In this document: positions 1 through 10,100 of the stretch, piece after piece
Position numbering within the stretch: position 1 is the first letter of the stretch
Layout of the letters: every line of letters begins with the position of its first letter
Assembly: GCA_965198315.1 (NCBI GenBank)
Contig: OZ240616.1
Span: forward strand, 3,383,671-3,447,670
Length of the DNA stretch: 64,000 nt
Direction of reading: 5' to 3'
Origin: Candidatus Aldehydirespiratoraceae bacterium
GTDB taxonomy: Bacteria > Actinomycetota > Acidimicrobiia > Acidimicrobiales > Aldehydirespiratoraceae
The notes under the pieces: generated by a model
The model's input: the letters and a program-made list of their open reading frames with translations, nothing else
Told to the model about the DNA's origin: nothing
Database searches by the model: none
Program-made: the position numbers and the translations under genes

Positions 1-2213
<2,213 letters not shown>

Positions 2214-2216
2214 CAG

Positions 2217-3431
2217 TCACTCTCCCACTGGTTCGCGGGCCGACACTTCTCGACTGCGCCTGAGCAACTCAATCAACTTCGGTGCCGGTGTCAGGGAAGT
2301 CTCTGTGAGTTCCCAACCGATGCCGGCCTCAACCGCCGCGGCTGATGCTTGCGATAGCAACTGTGCGGCAGAATCGCGGTCAACTTCAAGTGGCTCCGGA
2401 GCTGAACCATCACGGCCCACTAGCTCCAGAACCGGCTTGTGTTCTGGGATCAACAGGCAACGAGACCGAAGATCGTGATCTGCCTCGTATCCGTAGGCAA
2501 TAGCCGCGACACCCAGTGCGGCTACGGCTGTGCGCGCTGCCACCTCTGCCTCTCGGCTTACGTTGCTAAAACGCAGACGTCTTAGTGCAGCAAGCGAGAT
2601 CACCGTCGTCTGGCGGGCTTCTGAAATGGTCACCCCACCAGACTGTGCATCGATTGAGGGCGCGATATTGCCGTGATTGATTTCGGAAGGACGACCGTCA
2701 GATCCCGCAGTCTTGGCTTTTCCCTTCTCTTGGGCCGCCTCATCTTTGTCCAGCGTCCATACTTGGGCCGGATCACTGTGTTCATACGCAATCGCTGCGG
2801 CACGTTCGATCTGGAGCGGATCAATGCGGCTCCCGACCTTGCGCCCGATCTGAGCATCCAAGCCGACAATCTCCGACACATAGGCACGTTGAAACTTCGA
2901 GCCCAAGCCACCCTTGGGGCCAGTCGAGTCCCACTGGCCGAACAAGAGCGCCGTTGGTGCATACTGGAACATCGCCCTCGCGTTTCCCGGACGCGCATCG
3001 GTGATGTCTTGACCGACTTCACTCAGCCGGAACAACGTTCCTTCAAGCATGCTGTCGCGGAAGATTGCGTCCGCAAATCGATGGGGCGCATCCAACACCG
3101 TGATCTTGCCAAGGTCTGCGACAGCGGCCTCTCCCGTAAAATCCACGTAAGGAACCGGGAAACGCAGCTCCCCTTCTTCCCAACCTTCCTTCAAAGCAAG
3201 TTCAGCACGGTTTGCCTGGGAAGCCACGGAGTCGAGCAACACAGTTGTCACCACGCTGTCTCCTACCTGCCGTTCCTCAACGGCATACTTGTGCTCTGCG
3301 GTGACTGCGTAGGTCGGCGGAAACACTTTCCCTCCAGGCCCGTCCACGGGTTGCAGTCGCATGATCGAGCGAAGCGCCACTGCCCCGCCCCCAACCGCAT
3401 CGCGCAGCAAGTCAATAGTCAATTCAGCCAT
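2217..3431 (-). CDS. csb1: Type I-G/I-U CRISPR-associated RAMP protein Csb1 (Cas7u)
   Basis: 404-aa ORF containing LQPVDGPGGKVFPPTYA, LLDSVASQANRAE, VLDAPHRFADAIFRDS, LLFGQWDSTG and EINHGNIAPS, which are typical Csb1/Cas7u blocks from memory. A GAAGGAGG RBS lies upstream of ATG 3431. Confidence 0.8.
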   Translation of the reverse strand: MAELTIDLLRDAVGGGAVALRSIMRLQPVDGPGGKVFPPTYAVTAEHKYAVEERQVGDSVVTTVLLDSVASQANRAELALKEGWEEGELRFPVPYVDFTGEAAVADLGKITVLDAPHRFADAIFRDSMLEGTLFRLSEVGQDITDARPGNARAMFQYAPTALLFGQWDSTGPKGGLGSKFQRAYVSEIVGLDAQIGRKVGSRIDPLQIERAAAIAYEHSDPAQVWTLDKDEAAQEKGKAKTAGSDGRPSEINHGNIAPSIDAQSGGVTISEARQTTVISLAALRRLRFSNVSREAEVAARTAVAALGVAAIAYGYEADHDLRSRCLLIPEHKPVLELVGRDGSAPEPLEVDRDSAAQLLSQASAAAVEAGIGWELTETSLTPAPKLIELLRRSREVSAREPVGE

Positions 3432-3595
3432 TCAAGGCCTCCTTCTCTGGGGCTCAAGCACGGCACTCAAGCTAGGCGGATCAACCTAGCGCGGGGGTAT
3501 GACACTTTCGCCATATATACATCATGTCTGCCTTAGAATTTCACCATAAACGTGTGGAAGGGCGTCGCTGTGATGCCGACGAAGTACCCGAAAAC

Positions 3596-3950
3596 CTAGA
3601 ACTCGGCGGCGATGGCGTCTTCGAAGGAGGTGTCGGACTCGATGAGCATTCGGTAGCGCATCACGTGGCGGGGGCGGTTGAAACCCAAGACGCCAACCAA
3701 CCGACCGGCGCGGCCGTAGATCGCCGCGAAGCGCCTCTCGGAAAGGCTTCCCGTGGCGAGATGCATCTCGTCGTCGAGACCGATACGGCCGGCCATCTGA
3801 ATCTTGCGATCGTACTGATCGGACCAGAACCAAGGCACCGGCATAAAAGGCTCAGCCTCATCGTCACCGACCAGCAAGCGTCGGGCCGCATGAGCACCCT
3901 GTGCAACAGCGTTGTCGCGATGCTTGACACGCATCACTTCGCCGAATCGT
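3596..3950 (-). pseudogene. 3'-terminal fragment (last ~118 codons) of a ferredoxin reductase gene, copy of 4925-5279
   Basis: 355 bp align colinearly with 4925-5279 at roughly 90% identity by eye. Similarity starts exactly at the stop codon (ctagaa) and ends after ccgaaNcgt. The peptide RFGEVMRVKHRDNAVAQGAHAARRLL...RMLIESDTSFEDAIAAEF differs at 9 positions from the intact gene's C-terminus. No FAD/NAD-binding N-terminal part is present. Confidence 0.85.
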
Positions 3951-3965
3951 GACAATGTCAGTCTC

Positions 3966-4595
3966 TCACCATCCGGGCGGTTTGGTGATGGTTCCAATTT
4001 CGTCGGTCAACGTGTCAGGGAATTGGCTTCGCTTCAAGTGGCTCTTCCAGAGACGCTTCACGTAGGTCGCAGAATCGACCAGGTTCCTTGTGCTCCGATT
4101 GCGGGGGTCTGGGTTGACCACCACGACGCGCATACCCAAGCCGTCTCGCACAAACCGCATCGCCCCGGCGAAATCGGCGTCGTTGGATACGACTACCGCT
4201 TGCTCACATTCACCGTTGAAGCCATCGACCAGCAAACGAGTCGCAAGGTTCACGTCCGAACCCTTCTCCTCTGAGTTCCTCACCAACACGCTGCTGGGCA
4301 GCCCCGGCACCGGCTCCGCAAGGGGACGACGATTGACACCGGAACTAAAGTAACCGTAATAGACAATCAATTCCGGTAGCGTCTCCAGCGCCCTGAGGTA
4401 GATGAGTTGACGCTGAGGTTGCCCTTGATCGCCAGGACGAATTTCGAGCCGGGCCGTGAAGTAACAGACTCTGTTGATGGTGTCTTCAGGGAAGAGGGTC
4501 TCGGCCAGTTTGTGCAGGTCAAGCCAACGAAACGGGGTGTCCTTAAGAGCGCGGTAGTAGAGATTGAATCCGTCGATGTACACATTGGTGATCAA
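3966..4595 (-). CDS. NYN (LabA-like) domain protein, putative RNase
   Basis: VYIDGFNLYY ... CYFTA ... EEKGSDVNLA ... VVVSNDADF ... ITKPPGW fits the stand-alone bacterial NYN-domain family. The track ORF extends to 4706, but its first ~37 codons translate a repeated terminator-like element and a promoter-like sequence. TTG 4595-4593 is preceded by GGAGG (ggcGGAGGcggcagTTG) and gives M-ITNVYIDGFNLYY. Confidence 0.75.
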   Translation of the reverse strand: MITNVYIDGFNLYYRALKDTPFRWLDLHKLAETLFPEDTINRVCYFTARLEIRPGDQGQPQRQLIYLRALETLPELIVYYGYFSSGVNRRPLAEPVPGLPSSVLVRNSEEKGSDVNLATRLLVDGFNGECEQAVVVSNDADFAGAMRFVRDGLGMRVVVVNPDPRNRSTRNLVDSATYVKRLWKSHLKRSQFPDTLTDEIGTITKPPGW

Positions 4596-4604
4596 CTGCC
4601 GCCT

Positions 4605-4667
4605 CCGCCAAAAGACAGAGACCGCCCCGAAAGGCGGTCTCGACCCTACCGTCGAATCGAATAGGGG
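4605..4667 (-). repeat. 63-bp repeat copy A (hairpin GAGACCGCC-N6-GGCGGTCTC plus T-tract), in the NYN 5' leader
   Basis: 60/63 identical to 4800-4862. Contains a 9-bp perfect stem at 4618-4626/4633-4641. Confidence 0.9.
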
Positions 4668-4677
4668 TGGTGCCTGA

Positions 4678-4706
4678 ACACTATCGTCAGCATCATCGAC
4701 CGTCAA
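4678..4706 (-). promoter_or_regulatory. Candidate promoter for the NYN gene (-35 TTGACG, 17-nt spacer, -10 TAGTGT)
   Basis: The minus strand reads TTGACGgtcgatgatgctgacgaTAGTGT (-35 at 4706-4701, -10 at 4683-4678). It lies between the two 63-bp repeat copies. Motif match only. Confidence 0.3.
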
Positions 4707-4799
4707 CCCTATTCGTCAAGACGGGTTCAAAAAAGAAAGAGGACACGAGAGGACTGGAAACACAACCTGGCTATCAAGCGCCGCCTCGGCCAATAGTTG

Positions 4800-4862
4800 C
4801 CGCCAAAAGACAGAGACCGCCCCGAGAGGCGGTCTCGACCCTACCGCCGAAGCGAATAGGGG
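4800..4862 (-). repeat. 63-bp repeat copy B, downstream of the ferredoxin reductase stop
   Basis: 60/63 identical to 4605-4667. Confidence 0.9.
4803..4836 (-). terminator. Intrinsic terminator-like hairpin after the ferredoxin reductase gene
   Basis: Minus strand: GAGACCGCC-tctcgg-GGCGGTCTC followed by TGTCTTTTGG, about 90 nt after the stop at 4925. Confidence 0.6.
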
Positions 4863-4924
4863 GCAGTGCTTGAACCCTGCCATGGCGAGGCCAACTGACA
4901 ACTCCGCGGTTGGTGACCAACGCG

Positions 4925-6142
4925 CTAGAAATCGGCGGCGATTGCGTCGCTGAAGGAGGTGTCGGATTCGATGAGCATCCGGTAGCGCATCACGTGGCGG
5001 GGGCGGTTGAAACCCAAGACGCCGACCAGGCGACCGGCGCGGCCGTAGATCGTCGCGAAGCGCCTCTCGGCGAGGCTGCCCGTGGCGACATGCATCTCGT
5101 CGTCGAGACCGATACGGCCGGCCATCTGGATCTTGCGATCGTACTGATCGGACCAGAACCAAGGCACCGGCACGAAAGGCTCAGCCTCATCGTCATCAAC
5201 CAGCAAACGCCGGGCCGCGTGCGCACCCTGTGCAACAGCGTTGTCCCAATGCTCGACTCGCATAACCTCACCGAAACGTTGATTGGGCCAGCGAGCAACA
5301 TCACCGGCAGCAGTCACCCCCCGAGCCGCCAGACAAGTGGCGTCGCACACCACACCGTTGTCGATCCTCAACCCTGAACCCTCGAGCCATTCCGTGTTGG
5401 GGATCACTCCGATCCCAACGACAACCACGTCGGTCTCGATCACATTGCCGTCGCTGAGCCGCACCCGCTCCACCCGGCCGTCGCCTTCGATCGCCTCAAC
5501 ACCGACGCCGGTGCGCAGATCAACACCGTGTTCACGGTGCAACTCAGCGCACACCGCGCCCATCTCATCGCCCAGCACCCGACTCAAGGGCTGAGGCAAC
5601 GACTCGATCATCGTCACCTCAAGTCCCTGTGTTCTGGCGGTGGCGGCCACCTCGGCACCAATAAACCCGGCACCCACGATGACCACCCGAGCCGGACCCG
5701 CATCAAAAGCAGCCCGGATCGCCAGCGAGTCGTCCAAGCTGCGCAACACGAATACACCGTCGAGTTCCTCAGAACCCCCCAGCGTGCGACAACGCGCACC
5801 CGTAGCGATCAACAGCCCGTCAACGGCGAGCTCCTCACTGCTCTGATCATCGAGATCCACGATCCCCAAGCGCCGAGACGACAGATCAAAGCTCCTAGCC
5901 CGCACACCCAAACGAAGATCAAGATCAAGGTCATCGAGCTTTTCGGGCTGGGTCAACACCAGACGATCCTCGCCCCAATCACCTGCAAGGAACTGCTTGG
6001 ACAAGGGCGGGCGGTCGTACGGAGCATGCAGTTCGTCGCCGATCAGCGTGATCGGCCCGTCGAAGTCATGACGCCGAAGCGACTCCGCTGCCCGTAACCC
6101 TGCCAGAGAAGCTCCGACGATAGTGACAGAGCGCCGCGTCAT
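4925..6142 (-). CDS. NAD(P)H-dependent ferredoxin reductase (FAD-dependent pyridine nucleotide-disulfide oxidoreductase family)
   Basis: 405 aa. It has two dinucleotide-binding motifs (VTIVGASLAGLRAAESL and VVIVGAGFIGAEVA), and its overall layout resembles putidaredoxin/rhodocoxin-type reductases. It lies directly downstream of a small ferredoxin gene. Confidence 0.85.
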   Translation of the reverse strand: MTRRSVTIVGASLAGLRAAESLRRHDFDGPITLIGDELHAPYDRPPLSKQFLAGDWGEDRLVLTQPEKLDDLDLDLRLGVRARSFDLSSRRLGIVDLDDQSSEELAVDGLLIATGARCRTLGGSEELDGVFVLRSLDDSLAIRAAFDAGPARVVIVGAGFIGAEVAATARTQGLEVTMIESLPQPLSRVLGDEMGAVCAELHREHGVDLRTGVGVEAIEGDGRVERVRLSDGNVIETDVVVVGIGVIPNTEWLEGSGLRIDNGVVCDATCLAARGVTAAGDVARWPNQRFGEVMRVEHWDNAVAQGAHAARRLLVDDDEAEPFVPVPWFWSDQYDRKIQMAGRIGLDDEMHVATGSLAERRFATIYGRAGRLVGVLGFNRPRHVMRYRMLIESDTSFSDAIAADF

Positions 6143-6194
6143 AGATGCAAAAACCGTGGTGAGCCCTCAGTCGGCCCCTCAGCCCCCCAGCCCC

Positions 6195-6386
6195 TCAGCC
6201 CTGAACAGAGATGGCCTGCTTGGGGCAACGCTGAACGCACTCGTCGACTCGTGCGCGGTCTTCCTCACCGGGTTCTTCGTTCAGCACATACAAGAAGTCG
6301 TCGTCACGCACTTCAAAGATGTCCGGCGCGATCTGCATGCAGATGGCGTTGCTCTCACAGAGGTCGAAGTCAACCACGATCTTCAT
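6195..6386 (-). CDS. Small ferredoxin (3Fe-4S/4Fe-4S type, P450-system-like)
   Basis: 63 aa: MKIVVDFDLCESNAICMQIAPDIF...CVQRCPKQAISV, with the CxxxxxC...CP cluster-binding pattern. An AGGAAAGG RBS is present. Confidence 0.85.
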   Translation of the reverse strand: MKIVVDFDLCESNAICMQIAPDIFEVRDDDFLYVLNEEPGEEDRARVDECVQRCPKQAISVQG

Positions 6387-6468
6387 GGGTCACCTTTCCT
6401 ATCAGGTCACAGGGGAACAGGTCACTCCGGAACTTAGCCCACGCAGGGCTCTGGTGTGAACATCAGCG

Positions 6469-6534
6469 TCAACCAACGCCAGATCCGGCACGGCCTCCGC
6501 TGCGATCCACCACGATGTTGTACCGCTCGCGAAC
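6469..6534 (-). pseudogene. Displaced 3' end of an mttB-family gene (remnant)
   Basis: The minus strand reads ...VRERYNIVVDRSGGRAGSGVG-stop (TGA 6471-6469). The VRERYNIVVDRS part is encoded by the 38-bp repeat shared with the intact gene's 3' end at 11667-11704. Confidence 0.65.
6497..6534. repeat. 38-bp direct repeat, left copy (cassette boundary)
   Basis: ccgctgcgatccaccacgatgttgtaccgctcgcgaac is 36/38 identical to 11667-11704. Flanks on both sides are unrelated. Confidence 0.9.
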
Positions 6535-6702
6535 AACCTCCCACATCCCCGAGTCGATCAACAAGTTGTAATTCCCACCTTTAAGTCCTGGCCGCACTGC
6601 GTTACGGGCCTGCACCGTAATCCATAGAGGAGTGTTTTCATATTATTTCATGTACTTTACGAACGGAAGGAATCGAAAAGCCATGAAGATAGAAGTGATA
6701 AC

Positions 6703-7119
6703 TTGTCACCCCCCTACTACAACCAGTTGCCTGAGCAGCTTCAACGGGAGTTGGAGACAGCTGAGCGAGTCCGCCTCACCCCTGTTGAGATTCCCAGCGA
6801 AGAATTTAACTCCTTGGCAGCCGACGGTGTGCCAATGATCTACGTCCTGGTGGGCGGACATCTGCTGGTGTCGAAACGAAAAGTCGGCGATGAGCACATC
6901 TCCCATGCCGTGCTCGCAAACGGTGGCCCTGTGCAAGCCGCCGGGGAGTTCGATATCGGGACCGAACACGGAGCGCCCGTCGTATCGACCCTCAACAACA
7001 TGAGCGGTCACTACCGTCCAGCCGCAGCAAGCCTCGAGGTCGCCCGAACAGCATTCGAATCAGCTGGGGTACGGATCCCACCGGGTGCTGTCCAAAGCTA
7101 CGATTGGGGAGAATCATGA
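6703..7119 (+). CDS. Hypothetical protein (138 aa), upstream partner of the giant ORF
   Basis: ORF with a TTG start directly after in-frame stops (tgataacTTG). Its stop overlaps the next start (ATGA at 7116-7119). I recognise no family. Start uncertain (see findings). Confidence 0.55.
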   Translation: MSPPYYNQLPEQLQRELETAERVRLTPVEIPSEEFNSLAADGVPMIYVLVGGHLLVSKRKVGDEHISHAVLANGGPVQAAGEFDIGTEHGAPVVSTLNNMSGHYRPAAASLEVARTAFESAGVRIPPGAVQSYDWGES

Positions 7120-10100
7120 CTGCCGCAACCGCGCCGAGACAGCCCGCCGAGCCGGAGCCAACGATAGTCGACTCCGCACTTGAACGAATCGCGGAGGCGA
7201 CCGACTTCTTCGAATTTGAACAGGCGTGGATTAACGGATTGCGCCAACTGTCCGCCTCAGACGGAAGCGATTGCAGAGCGATGCTCTTGGCCGAAGCTGG
7301 CAGGCGACTCAGTGTGTTTGACGACATCAAGTACGATATTGCGCGGCGGCGCTGGCTCGACCAAGTGGTCGCGGAGGTGCGGATGCGCGGTGACTCATCC
7401 CTGGAAAGAGGGCTTGCGGTAGTGGCGACGAATGAACTCCGCGAGGCCTTCGCTAACGCCCGCCCAGCGATTACAGATCTGCGGGCGGCCGTGAATTCCG
7501 GGGAGAGCCTACATGAGTTCACGATTCGCTGTCCTTTAGCTGCGAATCAAGTCCGTGACCTCGGACGAATCGCAGAGGGACTGAGCGGCAGCGACCTGCT
7601 GGCGCTGTGTTCTGCGGAGGATTGCGAACTCGCCCGTAGTCTGGTGCGAGCCATGAAACCCCCAATCCATCTCGTGCCGACGGTACCTGAGTCCTTGCGG
7701 ATTACCCGAGATGACCTGCTTCAATGGGCTAAGACCAGTGGCGCTGCCACGGCATTCCCGAGGCTGATACGCAGTCTCATCGCCGAGACCGAACCGTCTG
7801 CTGAATCGGTCCACATGCCCGCAGGCACCGGGGTGGCGTCGCCTGGCTTTGACGGGGGCGTTAGATGTGCTCGCGGAAACCGCTTCGTACCAGCGGGAAC
7901 CTCCGTGTGGGAGCTGACAACACAGCAGAGAGGCACCCACGGCAAGGCTGTTGAGGACTACACGAAGCGAGTCAAAAACTCGACGTCTGACCAACGTTCC
8001 GAGACTGCGTACGTGTCGGCCGCGTGCGCCCCTTGGACGAAAGCACAGGCATTTGAGTCCCAATACTCCGACGACGGCGACTTCAGCAGGGTCAGCGCTT
8101 TGAACGTCGACAATCTTGAAGACTGGCTGTCGTGTGCCATCGCCACGACTGTCTGGATGTGTGAGCAGATCGGCAGGCCGACCGACGGCATCAGACTGCT
8201 GGCCGGGTGGTGGGAGAACTGGCTCACAGCAACGACTACTCCCCTTGACGAACGCTTCGTGCTCGCAGGACGCGATAAGGCAGCCACTGATCTGCGCGAT
8301 CGCTGCAAGCAAAACCCCGGCGTCGTCACCATTGGCGGTCAAGTCCACCGCGACGAGATGGTCGCCTTTGTCGCTGCCGCGCTCCTCCCCGAAGAAGCTG
8401 AGGGGATGGGTGTCGGGGATGTGCTCTTCGTGGACGATCACAAGTCCGCTCAACGGCTGTTCGCGCAGGAAGTTCTGTCGATGCCTTCGGACCAGCAAAG
8501 CGCCGGTCCCGTGCTGACGATGGTGGTGCCGTCAGCGGACTATGCGCACCACCTGCCCGCCGGAAGCCCACATCGGATTATCGTGCCGGTCCCCGGAGGT
8601 CCCCAAACCGAAATCGTCCTCGATTCGGTCGACTCGACAGTGGTCAGCAAGCACTTCGAGACCACCGGAATGGAACACCACGAGGCGTACCGCCTGGGTG
8701 GGCTGGCTCGAACGAGCCTGATGGCGCTCCGGCGGCATCTCACCGCCCAAGCAGCCTTGCACATGCCCGAATGGGCGAAGAGGACACCCGACCGAACGAT
8801 ACGGCGAAGCCTGCTGCTCGGCGGTTGGAATGCGGCCCGCAGGGGTGATCGTGAGATCGTTTCACGATTCACCTGCCAGTCACACGAGGATGTGGCCGAG
8901 GAGTTGCGGAAACTCGACCCCGGCGATTCACCGATGACTTCAACCGGCGAACTGTGGCATGCCGTATCACCAGCAGACACTTGGATGCTGCTGCGCGCGC
9001 ACCTATCCCCCAGCGATCTCCAAGAGTTTGCTGAAATCGCAGTCGAGGTGCTCACGGCTTCTGACCCGCTGCGAGAGATGAGTCACGAAGAGGCGCTCCG
9101 AGCCCAGGTCGAGGGCATCAAAGCCAAGTTCTCATCTCAACTCAAGCATGGGATTGCAACGACGCTGGCACTTGCGGGGACCGACCCTCCCACCCACCAC
9201 GGCGAAACGACGCCAGACTCGAACTTCGCGGAGGGAACAACTCGGCAAGTGCTGGACTCTGCCATGGACGACACAACTCCAAGCACGTGGATTGCCGTCA
9301 CTGATGCGTTGCCGATACTTGCCGAGGCTGCGCCCGACGCAGTACTTAAGAGCTTGCGGACCTGTGTAGCCGAGCAGCACGCGTTCACTGAAGCCATGTT
9401 CACCGACCACGATGACAACTTGTTTGGCTTCTCGGCTTCGTCGCCACACCTTCGGATCTTGAATGCGCTCGAAGTCATCGCATGGTCACCTGACCACCTG
9501 CTGGCCGCAGTAGACGTCCTCGCCCGACTCGCCTCCATCGACCCTGGCGGCCAGTATTCGAACCGACCCGATGAGACTCTCGCTTCGATCCTGTGTCCGT
9601 GGATGCCGTACACATCCGCCGACATCGAAGTTCGGCTCAAGGCGGTCCGAATGCTGCGGCAGGCCCATCCAAACGTCGCTTGGCCGCTGATGCTGTCTAT
9701 TTTGCCACGGAACCACAACGTCCAAACCCCTGGGGCATTGCCGCAGTATCGAGACTGGAGGCCCTCGCAGCGGGATGTGACGCTCAGCGAGCGTGTGGCG
9801 CCCGACGAGCGCACGCAAGCAACTACCGAAATCGCCGCGATGCTGATTGACGACGTTGGAGGCGACCCCGAGCGCTGGACGGACTTGATCGGACGTGTCG
9901 GCGACCTTCCTGTGGAAGCCCGCCGAAGTGCAGTTTCGGTCCTAGGGGACCTTGCAGCTGCCGGAGCCGACGAGGCGTTCAGGTCAAGGGTCTGGCCGGT
10001 ACTAAAGGTATTCGTTGCACGTCACCGGCAGTTCCGCGATGTCAAGTGGGCACTCCCGTCAGCCGACCTGCTGGTGTTCGAGCAGATCATGGACGATCTC

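Noticed and set aside
3432-3595. AT-rich patch (atgatgtatatatgg) upstream of cas7u, considered for a specific promoter call or a leader/degenerate CRISPR repeat
   Set aside because: I could not fit a convincing -35/-10 pair with proper spacing, and there is no repeat structure. I note it only as the probable promoter region of the cas operon.
3522-5162. Two similar ORFs, 3522-3833 (-) and 4716-5162 (-), starting MVLVRSVRSQD..., which look like a conserved duplicated gene
   Set aside because: They are off-frame translations of the duplicated ferredoxin-reductase 3' end. Their Arg/Pro-rich composition is typical of wrong-frame GC-rich DNA.
6683-6838. 51-aa ORF with a good RBS overlapping the start of the 138-aa ORF
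   Set aside because: Not fully rejected, and kept as an alternative parse in the findings. I do not list it as a feature because its Cys/Ser/Trp-rich sequence looks less protein-like than the overlapping frame and GC3 does not favour it.
7536-9814. Long minus-strand ORFs (7536-8498, 8540-9055, 9137-9814) antisense to the giant ORF
   Set aside because: They are entirely contained within a 4.4-kb uninterrupted plus-strand ORF. Their Arg/Ser/Gly-rich composition and lack of RBS context mark them as typical antisense artefacts in high-GC DNA.
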